In this document: in pieces, positions 43,240 to 55,600 of the stretch
Layout of the letters: each line of letters begins with the position of its first letter
How positions within the stretch are numbered: the first letter of the stretch is position 1
Assembly (NCBI RefSeq): GCF_009914755.1
Contig: NC_060931.1
Strand: one strand, 5' to 3'
Length of the DNA stretch: 64,000 bases
Origin: the human T2T-CHM13v2.0 reference genome, Homo sapiens
The notes under the pieces: model-generated
Database searches by the model: none
What the model saw: only the letters and a program-made list of their open reading frames with translations
What the model was told of the DNA's origin: nothing
Translations under genes and position numbers: made by a program

Positions 43240-44237
43240 ATCTTCATTAACAATTGTATATTGTGTTTTTTGTGTGAATTGGCATGGAAGTGGATGTAAA
43301 ACTGGGTTATATGTTATTGGGTTTTCAATATAAGAAGGTTGTTTAATTAACTATGACAAGAGTTGTAAGGTTGGAGATAATTTTGTCAACAAGTAATACA
43401 AATCCCAAATAAAACTGACAAACAATACTCTACATATGGGTTCCCATGCCTAAAGGCCCAGCAGCAGGTTGGGTTTCCAATCAATTTGTCTAGGGGCTTC
43501 TGCTGCATCGCCCTGTGACCTTCTTGCCTCAAACCTCCCACACAGTGTCAGTCTTACCCTCACATTGGGTAACACGATGGCTGCAGCAGTTCCAGGCCTC
43601 ACATCAGTACATGTCAGTATCTAAAAGAAAAGTGTCACTTCTGGAACTTTGCCCAGAAGACTGAGAACTTTGATGCTTCTCATTGGCCAGAATTGGGTCA
43701 CAAGCCTATTATTGAGCCTTCACTGGGAAGGAGGATGGGATTACCCACAGGTCACCCAGGGCCACCCCTGCAGCTGGGAGTGGTATCGGCTTTCCTTCAG
43801 GCCTGTGGGTTGAGTAGGAAAGCAAAGGGAACCCAAACAACAAGAGAGTTGTGTTAGGGAAGAGAAACAGGGGATCTCTGCTGGACAGGCCACCAACAGC
43901 AGTGTCTATGTGATGTGCTTTACACAGACACAAAACAGCCATGTTAACTTCTAGTTCCGAGAAAAAGCAAAAAAATAGCTAATAAACTTTGCAAAATCTT
44001 GACAATAACACATTTCATGATGTTCCCATGGGCTTTATGCTTTCGAGCTGCAGTTTTCTTTCATCTCAGGTGGGGTATTTTTGTTTATATGTAGTGTTCT
44101 TTTTTTGGTTGTTGTTACAGAATTTAGGATTTAATAAATACTTAAGATTACTAAAGGAATTTAAAGCTTTAATAAAGCTCTAAGTTAATTTATAGGTCAC
44201 TTTGAGGAGGGGGTAAAAAGCTTGGAAGAGGTCTCTT

Positions 44238-44692
44238 TGTCAGGCCTCTGAGCCCAAGCCAAGCCATCGCATCCCCTGTGACTTGCACGTATATACGCCC
44301 AGATGGCCTGAAGTAACTGAAGAATCACAAAAGAAGTGAATATGCCCTGCCCCACCTTAACTGATGACATTCCACCACAAAAGAAGTGTAAATGGCCGGT
44401 CCTTGCCTTAAGTGATGACATTACCTTGTGAAAGTCCTTTTCCCGGCTCATCCTGGCTCAAAAAGCACCCCCACTGAGCACCTTGTGACCCCCACTCCTG
44501 CCCACCAGAGAACAAACCCCCTTTGACTGTAATTTTCCTTTACGTACCCAAATCCTATAAAACGGCCCCACCTTTATCTGCCTTCCCTGACTGTCTTTTC
44601 GGACTCAGCCCGCCTGCACCCAGGTGAAATAAACAGCCACGTTGCTCACACAAAGCCTGTTTGGTGGTCTCTTCACACGGACGCGCATGAAA
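44238..44692 (+). promoter_or_regulatory. 5' LTR7 (LTR7up-like) promoter/enhancer
   Basis: tgtcaggcctctgagcccaagcc...gcgcatgaaa; ACAAAAGA at 44327 and 44377, gccccacc KLF-type site at 44349, TATA tcctataaaa, AATAAA. Confidence 0.9.
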
Positions 44693-44694
44693 TT

Positions 44695-44712
44695 TGGTGC
44701 CGTGACTCGGAT
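44695..44712 (+). other. Primer-binding site for tRNA-His
   Basis: tggtgccgtgactcggat is the 18-nt complement of the tRNA-His 3' end. Confidence 0.95.
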
Positions 44713-46340
44713 CGGGGGACCTCCCTTGGGAGATCAATCCCCTGTCCTCCTGCTCTTTGCTCTGTGAGAAAGATCCACCTATGACCTCAGGTCCTCAGAC
44801 CGACCAGCCCAAGAAACATCGCACCAATTTCAAATCCGGTAAGCGGCCTCTTTTTCCTCTCTTCTCCAACTTCCCTCACTATCCCTCAACCTCTTTCTCC
44901 TTTCAATCTTGGCGCTACACTTCAATCTCTCCCTTCTCTTAATTTCAATTCCTTTCATTTTCTGGTAGAGACAAAGGAGACACGTTTTATCCGTGGACCC
45001 AAAACTCCGGCGCGGGTCACGGACTGGGAAGGCAGCCTTCCCTTGGTGTTTAATCATTGCAGGGACGCTCTCTGATTATACACCCACGTTTCAAGGGTGT
45101 CAGACCACGCAGGGACGCCTGCCTTGGTCCTTCACCATTAGCGGCAAGTCCCGCTTTTCTGGGGAAGGGGCAAGTACCCCAACCCCTTCTCTCCTTGTCT
45201 CTACCCCTTCTCTGCTTTTCTGGGAGAGGGGCAAGTACCCCTCAACCCCTTCTCCTTCACCCTTAGCAGCAAGTCCCGCTTTTCTACGGGGCAAGAACCC
45301 CCAATCCCTTATTTCCGCACCCCAACCTCTTATCTCTGCACCCCAATCCCTTCCGAGCCCCAACCTCGTATCTCTGCACCCCAATCCCTTATTTCCACGC
45401 CCCGACCTCTTATCTCTGTGCCCCAACCCCTTTGCCCACTTTTCTAGAAGGTAAGAACCCCCGAACCCCTTCCCTCCGTTTCTCTACTTTCTCTTTTCTC
45501 TAGGCTTGCTTCCTTCACTGTGGGCAAACTTCCACCCTCCATTCCTCCTTCGACTCCCTTGGCCTGTGTTCTCAAAAACTTAAAACCTCTTCAACTCACA
45601 CCTGACCTAAAACCTAAATGCCTTATTTTCTTCTGCATTGCCGCTTGACCCCAATACAAACTCGACAGTAGTTCCAAATAGCCAGAAAATGGCACTTTGA
45701 ATTTTTCCATCCTGCAAGATCTAAATAATTCTTGTCGTAAAATAGGCAAACGGTCTGAGGTGCCTGACGTCCAGGCATTCTTTTACACATCAGTCCCTTC
45801 CTAGTCTCTGTGCCCAGTGCAACTCATCCCAAATCTTCCTTCTTTCCCTCCCGCCTGTCCCCTTAGTACCAACCCCAAGTGTCACTGAGTCTTTCTAATC
45901 TTCCTTTTCTACAGACCCATCTGACCTCTCCCTTCCTCCCCAGGCTGCTCCTCGCCAGGCCGAGCTAGGTCCCAATTCTTCCTCAGCCTCCGCTCCTCCA
46001 CCCTGTAATCTTTTTATCACCTCCCCTCCTCACACCTGGTCCGGTTTACAGTTTCGTTCTGTGACTAGCCCTCCCCCACCTGCCCAGCAATTTACTCTTA
46101 AAAAGGTGGCTGGAGCTAAAGGCATAGTCAAGGTTCATGCTCCTTTTTCTTTATCCCAAATCAGATAGCGTTTAGGCTCTTTTTTATCAAATATAAAAAT
46201 CCAGCCCAGTTCATGACTTGTTTGGCAGCAACCCTGAGACACTTTACAGCCCTAGACCCTGAAAGGTCAAAAGGCCGTGTTATTCTCAAAATACATTTTA
46301 TTACCCAATCTGCTCCCGACATTAAATAAAACTCCAAAAA

Positions 46341-46721
46341 TTGGAATCTGGCCCTCAAGCCCCACAACAGGACTTAATTAACCTCACCTTTAAGGTGTAC
46401 AATAATATAAAAAAGTTGCAATTCCTTGCCTCCACTGTGAGACAAACCCCAGCCACATCTCCAGCACACAAGAACTTCCAAATACCTGAACCACAGCAGC
46501 CAGGCGTTCCTCCAGAACCTCTTCCCCCAGGAGCTTGCTACAAGTGCTGGAAATCTGGCCACTGCGCCAAGGAATGCCTGCAGCCCAGGATTCCTCCTAA
46601 GCCATGTCCCATCTGTGCGGGACCCCACTGGAAATTGGACTGTTCAACTCACCTGGCAGCCACTCCCAGAGCCCCTGGAACTCTGGCCCAAGGCTCTCTG
46701 ACTGACTCCTTCTCGGCTTAG
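46341..46721 (+). pseudogene. gag: HERV-H gag remnant (nucleocapsid zinc knuckles)
   Basis: CYKCWKSGHCAKEC and CPICAGPHWKLDC CCHC motifs. Confidence 0.9.
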
Positions 46722-46779
46722 CGGCTGAAGACTGATGCTGCCCGATCGCCTCAGAAGGCCCGTAGACCATCACGGACGC

Positions 46780-48960
46780 CCAACTTCGAGTAACTCTCAC
46801 AGTGGAGGGTAAGTCCATCCCCTTCTTAATCAATATGGAGGCTACCCACTCCACATTACCTTCTTTTCAAGGGCCTGTTTCCCTTGCCTCCATAACTGTT
46901 GTAGGTATTGACAGCCAGGCTTCTAAACCTCTTAAAACTCCCCAACTCTGGTGCCAACTTAGACAATACTCTTTTAAGCACTCCTTTTTAGTTATCCCCA
47001 CCTGCCCAGTTCCCTTATTAGGCTGAGATACTTTAACTAAATTATCTGCTTCCCTGACTATTCCTGGATTACAGCTATATCTCATTGCCGCCCTTCTTCC
47101 CAATCCAAAGCTTCCTTTGCTTCCTCCTCTTGTATCCCTCCACCTTGACCCACAAGTATAAGATACCTCTACTCCCTCCTTGGCGACCGATCATGCACCC
47201 CTTACCATCTCATTAAAACCTAATCACCCTTACTCCACTCAACACCAATATCCCATCCCGCAGCACGCTTTAAAAAGATTAAAGCCTGTTATCACTCACC
47301 TGTTACAGCATGGCCTTTTAAAGCCTATAAACTCTCCTTACAATTCCCTCATTTTACCTGTCCTAAAACCAGACAAGCCTTATAAGTTAGTTTAGTTCAG
47401 GATCTGTGCCTTATCAATCAACCAACTTGTTTTGCCTATCCACCCCGTGGTGCCAAACCCATATACTCTCCTATTCTCAATACCTGCCTCTACAACCCAT
47501 TATTCTGTTCTAGATCTCAAACGTGCTTTCTTTACTATTCCTTTGCACCCTTAATCCCAGCCTCTCTTCGCTTTCACTTGGACTGACCCTGACACCCATC
47601 AAGCTCAGCAAATTACCTGGGCTGTACTGCCGCAAGGCTTCACAGACAGCCCCCATTACTTCAGTCAAGCCCAAATTTCTTCCTCATCTGTTACCTATCT
47701 CTGCATAATTCTCATAAAAACACACGTGCTCTCCCTGCCAATTGTGTCCAACTGATCTCTCAAACCCCAGCACCTTCTACAAAACAACTCCTTTCCTTCC
47801 TAGGCATGATTAGCGCAGTCAGAATTCTTACACAAGAGCCAGGACCACACCCTGTAGCCTTTCTGTCCAAACAACTTGACCTTACTGTTTTAGCCTAGCC
47901 ATCATGTCTGCGTGCAGTGGCTGCCGCTGCTTTAATACTTTTAGAGGCCCTCAAAATCACAAACTATGCTCAACTCACTCTCTACAGCTCTCATAACTTC
48001 CAAATTCTATTTTCTTCCTCACACCTGACGCATATACTTTCTGCTTCCCGGCTCCTTCAGCTGTACTCACTCTTTAAGTCCCACAATTACCATTGTTTCT
48101 GGCCCAGACTTCAATCCGGCCTCCCACATTATTCCTGATACCACACCTGACCCCCATGACTGTATCTCTCTGATCCACCTGACATTCACCCCATTTCCCC
48201 ACATTTCCTTCTTTCCTGTTCCTCACCCTGATCACTCTTGATTTATTGATGGCAGTTCCACCAGGCCTAATCGCCACACACCAGCAAAGGCAGGTTATGC
48301 TATAGTACAAGCCACTAGCCCGCCTCTTAGAACCTCTCATTTCCTTTCCATCGTGGAAATCTATCCTCAAGGAAATAACTTCTCAGTGTTCCATCTGCTA
48401 TTCTACTACTCCTCAGGGATTATTCAGGCCCCCTCCCTTCCCTACACATCAAGCTGGAGGATTTGCCCCACCCAGGACTGGCAAATTAGTTTTACTCAAC
48501 ATGCCCTGAGTCAGATAACTAAAATACCTCTTAGTCTAGGTAGATACTTTCACTGGATAGGTAGAGGCCTTTCCTACAGGGTCTGAGAAGGCCACCGCAG
48601 TCATTTCTTCCCTTCTGTCAGACATAATTCCTACAGTCTGATAACAGATGAGCCTTTATTAGTCAAATCAGCCAAGCAGTTTTTCAGGCTCTTAGTATTC
48701 AGTGAAACCTTTATATCCCTTACGGTCCTCCATCTTCAAGAAAAGTAGAACGGACTAAAGGTCTTTTAAAAACACACCTCACCAAGCTCACCCAGCAACT
48801 TAAAAAGGACTGGACAATACTTTTACCACTTTCCCTTCTCAGAATTCAGGCCTGTCCTCGGAATGCTACAGGGTACAGCCCATTTAAGCTTCTGTATAGA
48901 CGCTCGTTTTTATTAGGCCCCAGTCTCATTCCAGACACCAGACCAACTTAGACTGTGCCC
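46780..48960 (+). pseudogene. pol: HERV-H pro-pol remnants (protease, RT, RNase H, integrase fragments)
   Basis: FLINMEATHS (degenerate DTG), SPYNSLILPVLKP, LPQGFTDSP at ~47627, FIDGSS, integrase-like pieces; many stops and deletions. Confidence 0.88.
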
Positions 48961-49538
48961 CCAAAAAACTTGTCATCCCTACTATCTTCTGTCTAGTCAT
49001 ACTCCTATTCGTTCTCAACTACTCATACATGCCCTGCTCTTGTTTACACTGCCGGTTTACACTGTTTTTCCAAGCCATCACAGCTGATAATCTCCTGGTG
49101 CTATCCCCAAACTGCCACTCTTAACTCTTGAAGTAAATAAATAATCTTTGCGGGCAGGACTATGCTGAATCTCCTTAGGCACTCTCTAATCAGATATCCT
49201 GAGTCGTCCCAATTCTTAGACCTTTTATACCTGTTTTTCTCCTTCTGTTATTCCATTTAGTTTCTCAATTCATCCAAAACTGTATACAGGCCATCACCAA
49301 TCATTCTATACGACAAATGTTTCTTCTAACATCCCCACAATATCACCCCTTACCACAAGACCTCCCTTCAGCTTAATCTCTCCCACTCTAGGTTCCCACG
49401 CCACCCCTAATCCCGCTTGAAGCAGCCCTGAGAAACATCACCCATTCTCTCTCCATACCACCCCCCAAAAATTTTCGCCGCCCCAACACTTCAACACTAT
49501 TTTGTTTTATTTTGCTTATTAACATAAGAAAGCAGGAA

Positions 49539-49980
49539 TGTCAGGCCTCTGAGCCCAAGCCAAGCCATCGCATCCCCTGTGACTTGCATGTATACGCCCA
49601 GATGGCCTGAAGTAACTGAAGAATCACAAAAGAAGTGAATATGCCCTGCCCCACCTTAACTGATGACATTCCACCACAAAAGAAGTGTAAATGGCCGGTC
49701 CTTGCCTTAAGTGATGACATTACCTTGTGAAAGTCCTTTTCCCGGCTCATCCTGGCTCAAAAAGCACCCCCACTGAGCACCTTGCGACCCCCACTCCTGC
49801 CCACCAGAGAACAAACCCCCTTGACTGTAATTTTCCTTTACGTACCCAAATCCTATAAAACGCCCCCCCGACACTTATCTGCCTTTTCGGACTCAGCCTG
49901 CCTGCACCCAGGTGAAATAAACAGCCATGTTGCTCACACAAAGCCTGTTTGGTGGTCTGTTCACACAGACGCGCATGAAA
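49539..49980 (+). mobile_element. 3' LTR7
   Basis: Copy of the 5' LTR, 442 bp versus 455 bp. Confidence 0.95.
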
Positions 49981-51285
49981 CTCTTCATAACACAGGTTAA
50001 AATATGCGTTCTTTTCTTAGCCAGGGTGACTTCATGCAGGGCTGTTCTTCATGTTATTAGGTGGCCTTTAATATCTTTGAAATATGGCACAATTAGAAGC
50101 CTGAACCTTACTCTAATGTTTATAGCAGCACTTTATCAAACTTGGTTTCGGATCATATACAAATTCTGACACTAGAGGGAGTGCATAATGTATTACAGAA
50201 AGGGAAAGCATACACCTAATAAATTCAAGGTAAAAATGCAGAGTAGCAAGACAAGACTTTCATTATCTTCCGTTCAGTAAGCCCCATGCCTTTCCCCCAC
50301 AACCCCGAAATTACTAGAGGCCTCTTTCCCCCTTAGAACTGTAGTTTGAATTGGTAGGAGGTTGGTAGGTTGCTTGAAGAACTGTGAAAAGAGTGTTTTA
50401 TTTTAGAGCCTTTCTAGTGTTTTGTTTTCATTTTTAAAAAATTGAGACATAGTATTTCCTACCTCTCATACATTAGATGGCAAAATTAAAATTACTCCTG
50501 GCCGTTTTGTTCTGTTTCTGACTTGGTTAAGATGCTTAACTATATAGTAATGTCACCTATAGAATGAAAAGACTCGGGCTTTATCCTTTGCTTAAAAAAT
50601 GTAGTCTAGTCTTATGAAAGGGTAAGCATTGTTTTTAGCATTCAGCTTCATAATTTATTCCCTTACTATAGGTGCTGCTCTGATAATTTAACAGCCAATG
50701 TCAAACAATTAACAAATAATATTTAAGGCATTTTTATTTCCTAATGTCAAAAATTTCTCATGCTCTAACCAAATGGAATGCCTAATGCCTGAAAACATGT
50801 AAATGACTACAAATATGACTGAGCTATTAACACAGCAACAAGAGATTCGACTGGCTGAAAAAGTGAATGATCATTGCCACCAGTAAGACTCAACAACTGT
50901 TCTCGAAAAATGTGATCACTGCTGTGTGCTTTCCTAAAACCTTTTTGTGTATTCATTATACATTCCACAATTATCGTAAATCCATCTTGTACTCACACAA
51001 ATCTTTGAACTACCGGTAAACTGTCTCTTTAATGGAAATGAAAATTAGAAAAATTAAAAAGCAGGCTCATTATGAAAAATCCTGTACTTTATCCAGATGA
51101 ATGAAATGACCCACACAAATGAAACATCCAGACTCACATTACCTTTTCCTAAAATACCGAAACCATGTCTCTGACTAGGGCATATTTGTACAGACTTACC
51201 TGACAGAGAGCCTTTTGGTTAATGATATTTCACCATAATGACTTCTGGAAAGTTAAACCAGATTTCAGGCAATAGACTATGCAGG

Positions 51286-51335
<50 letters not shown>

Positions 51336-51492
51336 ATCTGCATATATGTATGTGTCTATGTGTGTGTGCTGTGTCTGTCTATGTCCATCTGTCTGTGTGT
51401 ATGTGTCTGTATGTATGTCTACATGTATATGTGTATGTGTGTCTGTATATGTATATATGTGTGTCTGTGTGTATGTTTCTGTCTGTGTGTGT
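51286..51492. repeat. (GT)n microsatellite and degenerate GT/AT/CT extension
   Basis: Direct. Confidence 0.95.
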
Positions 51493-52342
51493 CATGATTT
51501 TTTATTCAAAAGCACACAAGTAAACACATCATGAGAAGTACTATTTCAACATTACAGTTCCAGTTAAAACACATATGAATCAATTTACACAATATCACAG
51601 TTTCTAGATAGCAAATATCATATGGAGCAAGTTTGAATCCTGCCCCATGTTTGGATGAATGCCAGATATTTTACTCTTGCACACACCAAATAATGGGGGT
51701 GAGGATGCAGCAGATTCTACGGCTCTTCAGTCTGTGGTGCCCATGCACGATTTCTACCTGTTTTCAAAGGTTCTCACCTTTGTGTTGCCCTAATGATGTT
51801 TGCCTGTGCTTTAATCTTATTAAGTGCAGTTTGAGTGTGCTGATGAGCCCAGACACTCTGCCTAAATTGGTCACTTGATTTTTCCCCACCTCTTACACCT
51901 GACACTCTCTCTATCCACCACCACCTGTGATCAAGCTTCTCTTCCCCCCTTGGTGAGTATCATAAACCTTTCTCACTTTTCATCCACACATTACATTTAC
52001 TTATTTTCAAACTGTTGTACATTGCTCATATATATTTATCTTTATCATTCAATTGAAATGTTTTCTTTTCACCTGTAAAAATTGGTTAGATATATTGGAT
52101 TGGGATGAAATTAATCATAATTTTCCCCATTAAAAATAATTTTTCATGTAACAGCTTTCACTTAGTGGCAGAATTTTCAGGAATTAATTCAAAATGGTAA
52201 GAAAGGGATACACAAATATTGAAACACAGAGCACCCCACCGGACAAGTCTGGTAAGTCCACTCACATTCTCCAGGGGAACAAAGGGCAAGCCTGGGAGAG
52301 AAGAGATGAAGTACCCACCCTCTGCATTAGTGTTTATGGTAT

Positions 52343-52602
52343 TTTATTTTTTTTCTTTGAGATGGAGTCTCCCTCCAGCGCCCAGGCTGGAGTGCAGTGG
52401 CATGATCTCGGCTCACTGCAGCCCCTGCCTCCCAGGTTCAAGTGATTCTCTTGCCTCAGCCTCCTAGTAGCTGGGATTACAGGTGTGCGCCACCACACCT
52501 GGCTAAAGTGCCATGTTGGCCAGGCTGGTCTCGAACTCCTGACCGCAAGTGATCTGTCTGCCTCGGCCTCCTAAAGTCCTGGGATTACAGGTGTGAGTCA
52601 CA
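52343..52602 (-). mobile_element. AluS with central linker deletion
   Basis: ggctaaagtgccatgttggcc joins the arms without the A-rich linker; imperfect TSD agtgttta. Confidence 0.9.
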
Positions 52603-55600
52603 AGTGTTTAGTATTAGTGACAGTGCCTCAGTGTTGCAGATGGTTTCCAGAGTTCCCAGAATTTTTGTTTTGGGGATGGGGTGGGGAGTTGCATGGGAGA
52701 AAGAAAAGTGTCTCAACTCAGAATCTTGGGGAGATTCAGGAGATAATTGGATAACCAGACAATCCCCACAGATATCTTTAGTGATTTTTTAAAAATTACT
52801 TTATTTTCTTAATTTTTTTACTCTTTACAACTATGTTGGTATTCTGTTTCTAGACTGTGATTTAGGTTAAACACAAAGTTTATTTAGTATTTGTTTACCC
52901 AATTATATCATCTTTACACATAAAATAATTTTATAAAAACATTAAAATTACTACCATTTGTAACCTGAGTATCATGATTTTATCTATCCTATGTACAGGA
53001 TTCAAAACATAAAAAGTTTCCCAAAAAAACTTTCTGTCAAACAGTAGGCTGGTTAGCATCAATACTACCATAGAAATCCAGTCTGGCCTGATCTTTTATC
53101 CTCAGATCTCTAGTTGTATCTGAAATGGAATAGATACCCCAAAAGTAGAAAATACTCCTTATTAGATGCATTGTGTGAGAAATGATTGTTTGAGATGTTA
53201 AGGAAAACAACACTATTTCTGCAGCAAATCTAAATTCTAAACATGCATAAGAGGATGCCCTATGTTGGTCTGCAAAGAAACAGGTTGAAAGAAGCACCAC
53301 ACTATTGTTCTGTCCATTAAAAATTAATCAACAGTGGTGAAGAAATGCTTTTACTAACATAGAAAGATGTTTACAATACACTGCTGAGTGGGAAAAAAGT
53401 AAGTTACAAGACAGAATCTGTGTTTTTCTTAGAGAAAAAAATGTATATGTAGCAAAATGTAAAAAGGAGCTCTCTATAGTATAATTATAGATATTTTTAT
53501 CACTTTCTTCTGCTTATATGTATTTTTCTAAGTTTTTTTATATAATGAGCATGAATTACTTGTTTGATGCTTTATGTATGAAGTTTGAAAACTCTACTAG
53601 CTAGTAATAGCTTGATACTGACTTTGAGTAAGGTTTAGACCAGTGATCTTCATCCCTGGCTGCACACAGAATCACTTGGGAAGAGGGGGTTAATTATGAC
53701 CCCATGTTGTAGAAAAGGGTGGGAACAGTAACCAATTAAGTCAGAATCTTGCTGGAGGGGGCAGGGAAGGAGCACTGTTTTTATTTATTTCTTGTTAAGT
53801 TCCTTAGACAATTCTAATATGTAGTCAAGGATAAGAATAATTAGTTTCAACAGTATCGGTCACAGTTTATGATCAGATTCACCAGCGAATGTTATCTGAA
53901 CATTCCCATTTTACTTCTCCCTGAATACTGCCTAACTTAGAATCACTGGCTTTTCTAACTTGAAGACAGCTTAGTTCAATTCTGATGATCAAATGTGTTG
54001 ATTTCCTATTGTGTGCCATTACTTGCTAGGTTCTGGCAGTTGAAGGTGAATAGCACCCAGACCCTCCCCTTACTGAGTTTGCATTCCCCTTATGGAGCTT
54101 GCATTCCAGTAAGGGAAACACACTGGGGGAAAAAACTGCTGCAATACAATGCCGTTGGTTGTATGATAGAAGCATGCACATGGAGAACTGGGGGGATATG
54201 GTGAGAGGCACCCACTTAGGGGGGTTTGGGGAGATCTGCCTGGAGGAGAGGATCATGTGTTCCCCTTGGAAGGTACATGACTGGTTCAAGATCACACAGA
54301 CAAGTGTGAGGGGCCAAATCAGGAACAGAACCTTGCTATTCAACACCTACTCCTGTACCATTTGATGACTCCGACAAGCTGAGACAAAAGGCCTGACTCA
54401 AGGGTACAGAGAACACCCTCCCTTCTAGAATATCCCCTTCCTGTACACGCCCACACATGTGAAATAAACCACAGAAGTATCAGCTGTAAGATGTTATTAA
54501 TGAAGGCAGGCCTCTCAGGCATTCTGACCTGGCACAAAAGTTGTCAGATTAATGGTATTAGAAAATTTGCAAATCAAATGGCTCATTATGTATGATACTG
54601 TACTTGCAAATAGGATTAGGTTGATTATGCACTATAAATAGCATTTTTAAAAGACTCCCTCAAGGCCGATTGGGCTGATATCTTGCTAGTCAGATTTTTT
54701 TTGAATAAATAATATTTGTACATATTTATGGGGAACATGTGATATTTTGATACATGCATAAGATGTGTAATAATTTAACCAGGCTCTCAAAGTAAAGGGT
54801 TACTGAACTGCTAAACAGATGACACCTTGTAGTCAGAGCTTAGCTGCCCAGTGTAGTGCTGGAGAGCTAGGGTTTGGTTCGTGATTGCCTTTAGAGACAT
54901 CTTTTCACTAAGCCTCTGGTGACAGAGCCTTGATCGTTTTAGCACCTGGACAAAGTGATCACAGGGGGCTTCTGTCATGCACAATAGAGCCAGTGCTGCA
55001 GCCTGAGACAGGCTTGGCCACAGGAGGCCACTGCCCAGGCCAGGAGAGCAACTGCATTCCTAGAGGAATGAAGGCAAGGTAAGGGTGAGCTTTGAAAAGC
55101 ACCTGAAGGTTCTGACAGCAAATGTCACTTCTGTCAGCTTCACTATGCATCCTCCTGCATAAACCTGTTTTATTGCATACTCTTCTGCCCTCCTGTCTCA
55201 GGAAACCTAGCCAGTCTTTAAGAGACTACATAGACATCGTCCCTTTTCCAGAATGTGGAGACCATGTGGTAAATACTCAAGGAAGATGGTATTCATTCAC
55301 ATAAATCAAAATTGGTTCTACATAAAAATTTCCCAGCTTGCTGCATGTGTTTGCTCATTCTATTCTTCCTGACGGTCAGCTGGGAAACTATTCTCTATTA
55401 ATGAGATTATATTTCCCAAAGTGTTTTTTTACCCCACTGTCCCCAAGTATTTCTTTCTGTAGCAGCAACATAGTAAAGCCTGAGGAAATGAAGCAATTGG
55501 AAAAGGCTACATTGAATTAGAATCTGAATTAGAATATTTTATTACTTTCAAGCATAGAATTATTATGTGCATCATCAACAATGTTTCCTCATGTAAAGCT

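Larger units (their letters stand above)
44238..49980 (+). mobile_element. HERV-H provirus, two LTRs, 5743 bp, common internally deleted form
   Basis: Two near-identical LTR7; TSD ctctt at 44233-44237 and 49981-49985; His PBS; gag/pro/pol remnants; polypurine tract aagaaagcaggaa before the 3' LTR. Confidence 0.97.

Noticed and set aside
48960-49538. Possible HERV-H env gene
   Set aside because: Only a short deleted remnant; no env ORF
51238-51534. Cys/Val-rich ORFs
   Set aside because: Translation of a (GT)n microsatellite
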